Below the pieces are notes generated by a model. It searched no databases and was not told where the DNA came from. It saw only the letters and a program-made list of their open reading frames with translations. Position numbers and translations under genes: made by a program. Shown here one piece after another: positions 10,900-20,000 of a DNA stretch of 20,000 nt (its first letter is position 1; every line of letters starts with the position of its first letter). Source of the stretch: Chiloscyllium plagiosum (Eukaryota); contig NC_057759.1 of assembly GCF_004010195.1 (NCBI RefSeq), positions 5,734,622 to 5,754,621 of the forward strand. The letters are read 5' to 3'.

Positions 10900-11542
10900 A
10901 TCAGTTTTTTACTGCTTTAAATGTATAGGTTTCCAGGTTTTTTTCTTGTTAGCGTTATATGTTCTCCACTTTACCAGAATGGCGTCAACTTTTCTGTACA
11001 CGGTTTCTTCGCATAACTAAGTTATTCACATTAATGGTATCTTCTGCTCTTGTCTAGTCGCATTGAATTCCACAAACTGCATTTTTGCTTATGAATTGCC
11101 AGCATATCTTTTATATTGTTTTATTGTTTATTGTTCATTTAGAATGAGGGATTTGTCACACGGTATTAACATGAAAGTGAAGATCCACTATTATTTGTCA
11201 AATTCTGTTTTGAAAGTATCTCCCTATTTGAAATGGTTGAATTCATATGTTGCTCCATGAAACTTAAAGTATAATATTTTTAAAGCGACATTATCATGCT
11301 TAGTAGCTGCTAGTCAGTAGATGAGGAAATTGCCTTCTACAATTCAGACCTCAAATTCGGCCAGCTCCTGTGGTTCAGCTCTGCACCGAGTACGTGACTT
11401 CCCAATTATCCTCCACGAATAATCATGGAAATTTAACAATCGTGACAGCGAAAATTCAGATAAAGTTAACACCCGTTCTCCTTTATTTGAACACATTTGC
11501 GGATGGAGAAGTCAACGTGTCGGATGTAATCCTTCTTCAGGA

Positions 11543-11670
11543 TGGTTCAGAGGAAGGGTTTCAACCGAACGTCGACTTCTCCACCACCTGACGCTGTATG
11601 GCCTGCAGTGTTCTTCCCGCCTCCTGCTTGTCTACTTTGCATCCCAACATCTGCAGTTTATTTTAACCTC
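11543..11670 (+). mobile_element. Penelope-derived short repeat with decayed hammerhead core
   Basis: CAGAGGAAGGGTTTCAACCGAACGTCGACTTCTCC...CATCTGCAG has the same layout as 705-825 and the reverse complement of 13424-13540. Confidence 0.65.
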
Positions 11671-12606
11671 AGAAGACATCTTAAAAACACATTCATTGCC
11701 ATATATTAGTAAGTTCGTAATTTTGTCTTCTGGACTGGAAGCAAGGTGTTCCAGTTCCTTTGCAGATTGCAAAGAAAAGGAATTCAAGTCTTTTCTTAGG
11801 TTCATTTCAACAAAAAAATACGGTATATTCATCATTCTTATTAAGTTCCATGTCATTGCCATGTCAATGATTAATGAGCATGCATATTGTCAACAAAGAA
11901 ACTGCACAGGCTAGAAAAGTGATAGTTTTCAAATGAGTGTTGGAGATTGATCTTAAGAAAACTATGTGAAATTTGTAAATCTTCAACTGTCTTTTTGGAT
12001 AGGTAGGTTTTTATTTGTTGTCCCAACCAACAGATCTCCTGACCTCCCCTCCCCATCACACCAATCCCCAACAAAGTCCACGGGTACATTTTCCCTTTCT
12101 TTCTGTATGCTCACTCTTTTCACTCTGTGTGTATGTTACAGCTAACATGGTGGCCACTGCGGTTCTGTCCTAAAGATGCGATCTCCCTAGATATGTCACG
12201 CAGTATCGGATTGTCTTGTCATTTTTCCTGCGTGATATTAAACAGGATTTGTGGCAGCTACTTCCTAGTCAGTTTCCTTTCTATTACACCGTTATGCAGT
12301 TCCTGTGCTGTCGTAAACACTGTAACATTAGGTGGTTATTCTGGAAGTTATTCTGGCAGTTATGTATTTATCTTAGGGTTGCAATGATTGCCCAGGGTCA
12401 TGTTACAGGGCTCCAATAACAGATAATGGTAGTGCATTGTGATAGGTTAGTTAAATAACTGGGAGATGAGCTTATGCTGAACATGATGGTGTTGTAATGT
12501 GATAGGTTAAGTGTGATGGAGGAAACCAGTATGACAGATGATGATTAGTTTAGAAAGACAAAACAAGTCAGCATGATTGTGTATGCTAATGTTATTCAAT
12601 AAGCGC

Positions 12607-13383
12607 CACCCCCCCCCCCCCTCCCCCCCACTCCCCCCAGTGGAGGGTTTTTTGCGCGGGAGTCCTCCCCCTTTCTCTCAGGGATCTGGGTGGAGAGTTC
12701 TACATGCATCGGTCCCCTGCAACCACAGATTGCGGTGGTTCAAGGACTCCCAACCTAACTGCTTGTTCTGTGATGCTGTGGAGTCCGTGGACCACATATT
12801 TGGGGTGTGGGCCTTTTTGATTTACTTAAAAACCTTCTCCTCTGTTTTTGGTCGCACTTCAGTCCCATGCACCTGAATTTTGGCACCTGGTGCGGAGGGT
12901 GGGTAGAGGGGAGGGTAGGTCAGAGGACCTCCTCTGCTACTGAGCTTTGCCAAACGGGCCATAAGCAGGTTCAGGCAGCGGGCTGTGGAGGTGGTTATTA
13001 TGGCCGATTATCTGCCCCTCTTCTGTGGGTATGTTGGAGCCCGGGTGTCCCTGGAGAAAGAGTACACAGTGTTCACCAACACCCTCAGGGAAAAGTGCGC
13101 ATCCGTCCAACACTATTTTGATTTAATCCCTGCCCTCCCCCTCACTGTTTGATCACGCAGCATTGCTCTCTGAGAAGGGCACTGCTTGTCACTGGCCAAT
13201 TGGGTGTCTCCTTTCTTGCTGGTGGTAGAAAATGCATCAAGAGTTGTACATTTGTTGTCTTTCACTGAGTCTCACACCTGCACACACAACATGGGTGCTG
13301 GAGAAAATAGAAATGATACTGCAGTTAGGCGGTCAGAAAAAAAAACGAAATATAACCAGGAGCCTCAGTTAGAGCACTAAAAA
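12607..13383 (+). mobile_element. L1-clade Tx1-like non-LTR retrotransposon 3' end, with a 10-bp TSD
   Basis: GWRVLHASVPCNHRLRWFKDSQPNCLFCDAVESVDHIF is the zf-RVT-like C-terminal Cys/His region of Tx1 ORF2. TSD CAATAAGCGC lies at 12597-12606 and 13384-13393, with an A-rich end. Confidence 0.85.
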
Positions 13384-13423
13384 CAATAAGCGCGGGACCA
13401 ACAAATTGTATAAGCTGGAGAAG

Positions 13424-13540
13424 GAGAAAGTGAGGACTGCAGATGCTGGAGATCAGAGCTGAAAATGTGTTGCTGGAAAAGCGCAGCAGGTCAGGCAGCA
13501 TCCAAGGAGCAGGAGAATCGACGTTTCGGGCATGAGCCCA
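13424..13540 (-). mobile_element. Penelope-derived short repeat, well conserved, with a 12-bp flanking direct repeat
   Basis: Reverse complement GGGCTCATGCCCGAAACGTCGATTCTCCTGCTCC... has hammerhead stem II and GAAAC but lacks the CTGA part. AAGCTGGAGAAG occurs at 13412-13423 and 13541-13552. Confidence 0.85.
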
Positions 13541-13701
13541 AAGCTGGAGAAGAACAAAGAGCTTGTAGGGAGTCAGGGAAACCATTTTGCTGGCTTCCCC
13601 AGCATTGATTTTGCAAGATTAAAGTTTAATTTCATGAAGGATTTTCTGTGTCTCCTAGTATTTTTTTTACAGAACATTGAGTGATTCTTCCACAGCAAAC
13701 T

Positions 13702-13720
13702 TAGCGGCCCAGCTGGGACT
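13702..13720 (+). promoter_or_regulatory. Degenerate primer-binding site, best guess tRNA-Arg(CCU)
   Basis: TAGCGGCCCAGCTGGGACT matches TGGCACCCCAGATGGGACT (recalled complement of the tRNA-Arg-CCT 3' end) at 15/19 positions, directly after the LTR end. Confidence 0.55.
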
Positions 13721-14234
13721 GGGAAGAGACCTTTTTCATTTGAAAAGAGGTTTCAGCTGCAGGGCACTTTCCAGTTGAACCGAGAGCTCGCCTGAGGCAG
13801 ACAGAATAAAAGGGTTAGCCAACCACAAACGTAAGGGTAAGCAATTTGCTGCTAATTTGGACTATATTCTGTCAAATAAGGGAGAGTCTCGGGAATGCAG
13901 AAGTGCAAAGAAAGCTGCTGGTTGGTTTCTCCGATCCAAAGAACCAGAAGTTGGCTGGCAAACTAAAGAGACGCAAAGCACTGTTCAGGAAAACTGTGCG
14001 GGGAATGGGGAGTGGTGAGTAGTATAGAATGAAGAGGTTGAGACAAAGTTCCGCGTGGTGTTAGTAAGTCCCTGTGGTTACCATGTCACAAGTTGCGTGG
14101 GGGTTTTGCCAATTGTGTGATGGTCTGCTAGGGCACGGCTGTGTAGTGTTAGTGATTTTGGATGATACAAGGCCTGTATGATAATTAAACTGTACTTTCA
14201 GAAATAAACAAAGGCTCTATTTAGGCAAGACTGT

Positions 14235-14310
14235 GAGAGAAAGAGAGAGAAGCTCTGGCTTGCAAAATGTTTCTGTGTGTGTCTGTGTTTGTGTGTGTGA
14301 GAGGGAGAGA
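14235..14310. repeat. (GA)n/(GT)n microsatellite patch in the ERV leader
   Basis: GAGAGAAAGAGAGAGA and TGTGTGTGTCTGTGTTTGTGTGTGTGAGAG. Confidence 0.7.
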
Positions 14311-14749
14311 CTCTATGGTTTAAACATTGCAATCTGGTTTGTATGCATAATTATTTGTTGGTGGTTAAATGTTTGTGTTTTGTTCCCCTGTGCTGGAGTT
14401 CTGGGTTGTTTCGATTTTATTTTGCTCTGTAAGAATTTAAGATAGTTTTTTTTAATAACAACAGGTTTTTCAAGGAAGCATCAGTGATTAGTGCATTCTG
14501 CAGATGCAGCCTTAGAATGGTTTAAGCAGAAGGAATGAGAATAGATAGTTTCTACTAATTAACAAAAACAAAGGACGCTAAGGGACTATTAGATTGGTAA
14601 GGGATGATTGCATGTTGTGGAGTTAGGGAATATTTATAATAGGCACTACCAGACTTATTTATGAGACCAGAGGTAATAAATTAGCTGGACTGAAATACAT
14701 GCCACGATGAATAAAGGGACTGCAGTTGGAATTTTGGTTAAGGCATTTT

Positions 14750-17351
14750 CAGTAGTAAGACACGATTTTTTAATAATTTCTGAAAAAAATAGGAAAGAAG
14801 AACTAAGGATTTATTAAAGAAATGGCCGAAAGAGGGTACTTTTGATTTAATACATGCGATGAAATGGAAGAGTTAATTAAGAATTACAGACCTAAGGATA
14901 AATCATAAAAGACAATAGTGAAGAGGGAACAGGTGGTAGAAATTGTACAGCTGTTTGGAATTGTAGGGGAAGATTGAGAAAAACTTTTCAGGCACCAGTT
15001 AGGACCGGGGGTGTCAGAGAACAGAACGAGCAGCTTTTGGAAACGAAGATTTTGGAAGAGAAAATCTCCACATGTTTAGAGCAGAACAAACAGTCTTTGG
15101 GTATGAAGGCTCAGCAAGGTAAAACACTTATGAAACTCAGATTTCGATATTGCAAAAGCCTCCTCCTCTCCCAATTCGGGTGAAGAGAATATCACACACT
15201 GCCCTGTAATAAGGGGGACAGTCGTGATAGAGGAGAATTGATTGGAAAGTATCTGACCTAGAGCAGAATGTGTTAAAAATAAAATGAGTGGCAGGATAGG
15301 CGATGAGGCAGACAGAATTAGAAGCTTTACAATTGGAAAAAGAGAGGTTATGAGGTGAAATTCAGATGCTATACATGTTAAGAGAATAAAGAGACTTTGA
15401 GGCACATCTAAGTTATTCCAAGAATATTGTGTAGAGACAGGCAGAAAGTGATGGGGGGAGGAGAGCAGAGGAGGCAGTAGCACAGATAGGAAGATGGGAG
15501 GAAATACAAGTTAGGTTGGAATTGGAATCCGATGAGGAATCACATATAACATAGAACAATACAGCACCGAACAGGCCCTTGGGCCCTTGATGTTGCGCTG
15601 GCCTGTGAACTATTCTCAGCTCGCCCCCCTACATTATCCCAAAATCATCCATGTGCTTATCTAAGGATTGTTTAAATCTCCTTAATGCGGCAGAGTTGAC
15701 TACCTTACCATTCTCTGCATAAAGAACTTGCTTCTGACACCTGTCTTAAATCTATCACCCCTCAATTTGTAGTTATGCCCTCTCATACAAGCTGACATAA
15801 TCATCCGAGGAAAAATTCTCTCTCTGTCTACCCTATCTAATCCTCTGATCATCTTGTATGTCTCTATCAAATCCTCCCTTAGTCTTCTTCTTTCCAATGA
15901 GAACAGACCCAAGTCTCTGAGCCTTTCCTCGTAAGACCTTCCCTCCACAATATTCCAAGTGTGGCCACACCAGCATTTTATATAGTTGCAGCATAATATT
16001 GCAGTTCTAGAACTCAATCCCTCTACCAATGAAACCTAACACACTGTATGCCTTCTTAACAGCACTATCCACCTGGGTGGCAACTTTCAGGGATCTATGC
16101 ACGTGGACTCCAAGATCCCTCTGCACATCCACACTACCAAGAATCTTTCCATTGACCAAGTACTCTGCCATACTGTTATTTTTCCCAAAATGCATCACCT
16201 CACATCTAGCAATTTTAATAAGGGAAAGAAGCTCACACAGGGGAAGATCCTGCCATTGTTTATAGAAAGGGGGAGACAGCCACAATACATTCCTTGGGGA
16301 ACCCAGGATCTGGAAAGGCTGAGAAATGTGTTGCCCAGTTTACATGATGGAGTAGGAAAGTGGATTAGAGCCTTTGAAGACGAAACCACAGGACAGTTGT
16401 TGGCTATGGGGGATTTGAATGCCATGGTGCTAATACAGGTGGTGGGCCTTCGGAAATTAAGAGCGATAATGGACTGAGCCTGCCTGATGAATGTTGTGGA
16501 TAATCTGATGATTGATGGTGCTGGGTTTGGTCGAGTAAGACAAAGCGTATGACAGGCCCTTAGACTGTTACCCACTTAAGGTTGATCCCAAAGCCTTGAG
16601 AGGGGATGCATTGACAGATACCGAAAACCCAGCAGCCTATTGGGAAAATCAGTTGAAAAGGTGGAGGCTTGAAACAAAACAAGTTATGGAAGGTAGTCAA
16701 CTGTTAACTGCAATATGCCGGACGGCGACTGTTGAAACAATGCCCTTCAAGTCAAATCTAAGCACGAGAGGTAGTGGATCTAACATCCAAAGCTATCCAG
16801 GAATTCAGAGGTCATGTAGTCCATGCAATTGAAAGATACTGGAAAGACAAAAAGAAGCTGGTGAACTGTAGGAGGAGGTACAAAGACAGATGCCACAAAT
16901 GTAGCTCTGGGAACCAAAAAAGACAGAGAAAGCGAAAACTAAGATGCTATTGGCACCGACTACTGGATTGATTGGCACTATTGAAATGCATGACATACCA
17001 GTCCAGGGAAAACCCTCTACTGCCACCTGGCAAGGGCCAGACAACCCCTTGCTGATGAGAACTATTTTTGAAAGAACTTTTCCACAGATACCATCTAACA
17101 GCCTAGACAGAACTGGAGTCTTCAATGATTGGGACAAATATGTGGGGGACCACAGGGCATGGTGAGAAGTCAGATTCAGAGAGGATCAGGAATAGTGTGT
17201 TGGGGTGTTATTAACCAGGCCATTTGAAGAGAGGTATATTGCCCATACTGGCCCTATCCCTCCCAGACCCAGGGTAGACTTATGCATCAGGAATATCCGG
17301 CCATCCACCACAAATCCCTCCAGGTCCGTAAATCTGTACACCATATGGTAG
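14750..17351 (+). pseudogene. gag: ERV gag, frameshifted and split by a CR1 insertion
   Basis: Matrix motif WPKEGTFD 14823-14846; capsid-like YIPWGTQDLERLRNVLPSLHDGVGKWIRAFEDET from 16286; degenerate CCHC knuckle CWG(C)..PGH....CP at about 17198-17244; ends in TAG at 17349-17351. Confidence 0.8.
15543..16207 (-). mobile_element. CR1/HER1 LINE 3' part inserted in gag
   Basis: CEVMHFGK...QRDLGVHVHRSLKVATQVD...GIEF and SYEERLRDLGLFSLERRRLREDLIETYK are CR1 ORF2. The ATAACATAGAAC tail is at the left end. Confidence 0.95.
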
Positions 17352-17950
17352 ATGTGCCCAGAGAACCCAACTGGGAAGGGGATCTACCCTATGATGCAGG
17401 AGGCTGAACAAGAACCTATTTTACAGGTTAGTGTTGCAGGGCAGTCGATGCCTATGATGATAGATACTAGAGCTATGTATACTTGCATCCAACCACAGTA
17501 TGCCTCTCACCTTCCCTTCCTAAGTATATTTACTAAGACTGTCGGGTTCTCAGGTTAACCGCAGTTGACTAGGTTTACAACTCCAGTAAGTTTACAAATG
17601 GATAGTAAAATAGTCATTTTGCCTTTACTAGTCTCTAAGGGGACACCAATTAATGTGCTGGGTAGGGACGCTTTATTGAAATTAGAATCAAAATTGGAAT
17701 GGACACAGAAGGGATTTATTGTAGGTAGAGTGAATTCTCAGTTGCTGTTGCAGGAAGCTGGGAAAGCCAATGTATATTGGAAAGGCAACATAGATGGTTA
17801 TATTTGGGAAACTTGGGAAAAATCAGGAAAAATGATTTAGCTTTACTGCCTTTGGCTGAGCCACTCTTGGCTGAGCTGCATTGTACAGTGATTTTTGATG
17901 AGATTCCACATGAAGTCTTAGGAGAGTGGTGGCACTCCGCAGCATTTACA
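17352..17950 (+). pseudogene. pol: ERV pol 5' end: aspartic protease plus start of a following domain, truncated before RT
   Basis: MMIDTRAMYT (DTGA to DTRA, 17463-17474), flap VGFSG and PINVLGRDAL (17658-17669) in one frame with a stop at 17556. Then VYW.G.I and, after a frameshift, ELHCTVIFD (HCT 17879-17887). Confidence 0.85.
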
Positions 17951-18230
17951 GCATGAAGGCAATCATGCCAAAAGCCATCTTCACCACCGTGTCTGGCTCT
18001 GACACCATATTCAATAAACTGTCTATCTGCACCCCAAGATCTCTTTGGCAAAAATCCCCAGACTTTTACTACTAATTGTATAAATCCTGCCCTGGTTTGC
18101 CTTAACAAAATGCACATTTGTCTAAATTAAATTTCTTTTGCCAGTCATTGACTCAATGGCCCAGTTGATCAAGTTTACATTGTGCTCTTAGATCACCTTC
18201 TCTGTCCACAACGCCACCAATTTTGGACCT
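17950..18230 (-). mobile_element. Old CR1 LINE ORF2 fragment
   Basis: CATCTTCACCACCGTGTCT...CTGCACCCCAAGATCTCTTTG and CTGTCCACAACGCCACCAATTTTGG are the antisense of the QRDLGV and KIGGVVD motifs. Confidence 0.7.
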
Positions 18231-18769
18231 GCTCCTGTCCACTGCGTTTCTGTGTTGACCTGTTTTCAGGCTGACCAAGCGGAGCAGCAACCACACTGCA
18301 TCACACACACCACCCTGAGGCACACAGATACAGGAGGGGATGAGCAACCAGGTCAAGACACAGAGTGAAAAGTTTATGCCAGCCTTCCACCGACATCGTG
18401 AGACAGCACAGAAGAAAGCTTGTGAAGCTTCAGATCGATCAAAATCCTACCTTCCAACAAATGAGGAGGACATTGAAGTGAAGGCATGCCAATGTCACGA
18501 TTCAGTGACTAGGGTAGGCCTTGTCTTTGTTCCAAAGATGGACTTGAAGAACCACCTGAGTAATTGTCTCTCCCACAGTGGGTCAATTTATCCCGCTGCA
18601 GCACGATCTAACTTTTGATGGTAGAGATTTGAGATTTTGCACTCCATTTCTAACTTGCATATCCATTTAATCTCCTGGTCAATGGATCAAGGCAGATGAG
18701 CTAGTGAATTGAATGTACTGTAGATCACTTTTTAAAAAATTATGGTGAGCTGGAAATAATTCAAGACAG

Positions 18770-19625
18770 GATCATTCTATCCCTATCTTCATTGCCCTCA
18801 AACTTAATCACTTTCAAAACATATTCAGCTCTCTTTTCTTAGCTCATATGCAATCTACCTCCACGACTATCCCAGGTTTCACAATCCAAATCCTAACAAC
18901 TCTGAGTAAATACATTTGCCTCAGTTCACACTTAGCTCTCTTGCTGGCAATCTTGAAATTGTGACTCCTAGTTACTGACATACCAACTAGTGGTGACAAA
19001 ATATTCTTCTTTCCACTGGCAAAATTCTTAATAATTTTGAACACCTCAATAACGTTCGCCTTTTAGTCTTTTCTGCTCCAAGGAGAAGAAGCCTGATGTC
19101 ACTAATCCTTCCTTGTATGTAAAATCATTCATTTGTGCTATCCTTCTCGTAAATCTCTAATGAACCCTCTCCAAAACTTGAACATCATTCCTAAAATAGA
19201 GTGCCCAGAATTGAACACAAATGTGATCTGACCAATGATTTGTGGAGGTGTAGCATCACTTCCTCTGTTTTACACTCAATGCCTCTATTTATAACCGCAC
19301 GGATCCCATAAGCCGCCTTCACAATGGCTTCAGCTTGCCTGCCCACATTCAGAGAATGATACACGTGAACCCCTAGGTCCCTCTGCCCCAGTGCTCCGCT
19401 CAAAAATGTACAGTGTTGCTTTATGTTTCTGTCATAGAAAAATGCTTTACCTCACATTTTTCTGCTTTGGAATTCATCTGCCGGTTTTCTGCTCATTTGG
19501 CCAACTTGTCAATCTCCCTGTAAAGTCACTCAGCATCAACCTCACAATTCACTCCTCTCCCTGGGTTAGTATCAACGACAAATTTACAGATTACATCCTC
19601 TATACCCAATTCCTAATCATTTATA
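18770..19625 (-). mobile_element. Old CR1 LINE ORF2 3' region
   Basis: QRDLGVHVYHSLNVGRQ...INRGIECKTEEVMLHLHKSLVRSHL and FKIIK...TRSHNFKI...RVVRIW. Confidence 0.88.
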
Positions 19626-19879
19626 TAACCAATGTAGTTATCAATGTGTACTTGTCAGTTTCTTCCATGTGGATGCAATTATCAATCCCTACCTCAGCTG
19701 AGGGCCACACTCTCTCAGAATTGCAAAGGACCCACTCTGTACTACATCCTCAGGAGAATTCATACTCTCAACAAACAGTATTTCAATTCCATCTCAAACA
19801 TCAAAAACTGTAAGTACAACAAACTTTTATCTACCCAGCTCCATAACCAGCGCTCCTTGAACATTCCAGAAGATTCCCC

Positions 19880-20000
19880 TGGCCTCGGAAACTGCGGCTG
19901 ATGCAGCTACCACCCCCACGCTGATTGATGATGTCACTTCCGCCCCATCACGGCCACTCCCACAGCCACTTCCGGCCCTCACATCACCGCCGATGCCACA
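19880..20000. promoter_or_regulatory. Edge of a GC-rich promoter-like region (ETS and GC-box motifs)
   Basis: ACTTCCGCCC 19936-19945 and ACTTCCGG 19968-19975, with CpG density rising at the window edge. Confidence 0.4.

Larger units (their letters stand above)
6508..12390 (+). pseudogene. Highly decayed multi-Ig-domain gene (about 16-17 tandem IGSF1/A1BG/LILR-type Ig domains), interrupted by TEs
   Basis: Recurrent motif triads at about 240-320 bp spacing. Starts: LKPMF 6694, LPRP 7765, KPIIIS 9221, KPIL 9542, KPLF 9778, LPP 10042, PAPVVQL 11361, PKDAISLD 12169. B-strands: DKVTVS 6730, SVTI 7224, VFQRG...IT* 7508, VFLQQFTIGPC 8975, ETVTIS/C 9579-9600. F-strands: FSCGY 7359, (G)VYH/C about 9400-9416, HDGV(Y)TCQY 9934-9962, EGPYV.RF...QWSYLS in ORF 10029, NYIC in ORF 10475, SRFFSC*RY 10932, YSGSYSGSY 12337-12363. 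Several need 1-2 bp frame corrections. Confidence 0.62.
12401..13697 (+). mobile_element. 5' LTR of an endogenous retrovirus (about 0.38 kb after removing two nested insertions)
   Basis: Begins TGTTACA at 12401, has ATTAAA at 13618-13623 and ends ...CA at about 13697, just before a PBS-like sequence. TSD-flanked inserts show continuity across the element. Confidence 0.6.

Overview
Vertebrate genomic DNA, most likely a shark or other elasmobranch (inferred from HE1-type tRNA-SINEs, CR1/HER1-type LINEs and Penelope-derived repeats), with no intact protein-coding gene and one 331-nt assembly gap. From left to right: a CR1/SINE/Penelope patchwork with a promoter-like patch (1-3.8 kb); a decayed minus-strand C2H2 zinc-finger array caught in local duplications (4.2-6.3 kb); and an apparently 'unique' AT-rich block (6.5-12.4 kb). 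On manual frame-hopping translation this block resolves into about 16-17 heavily decayed, tandem, plus-strand Ig-like domains of the IGSF1/A1BG/LILR (LRC) type at roughly 280-bp spacing, almost without introns. It is interrupted by a solo LTR carrying a Penelope hammerhead palindrome, a CR1 tail and a Penelope fragment. A class I-like endogenous retrovirus follows (12.4-17.95 kb): a 5' LTR with two nested TSD-flanked insertions, a degenerate tRNA-Arg PBS, gag, an amber stop, protease and the start of a possible 2H-phosphoesterase domain, truncated before RT. The window ends in CR1 fragments and a second promoter-like patch. All family assignments come from motif recognition by eye and need HMM or Dfam confirmation.
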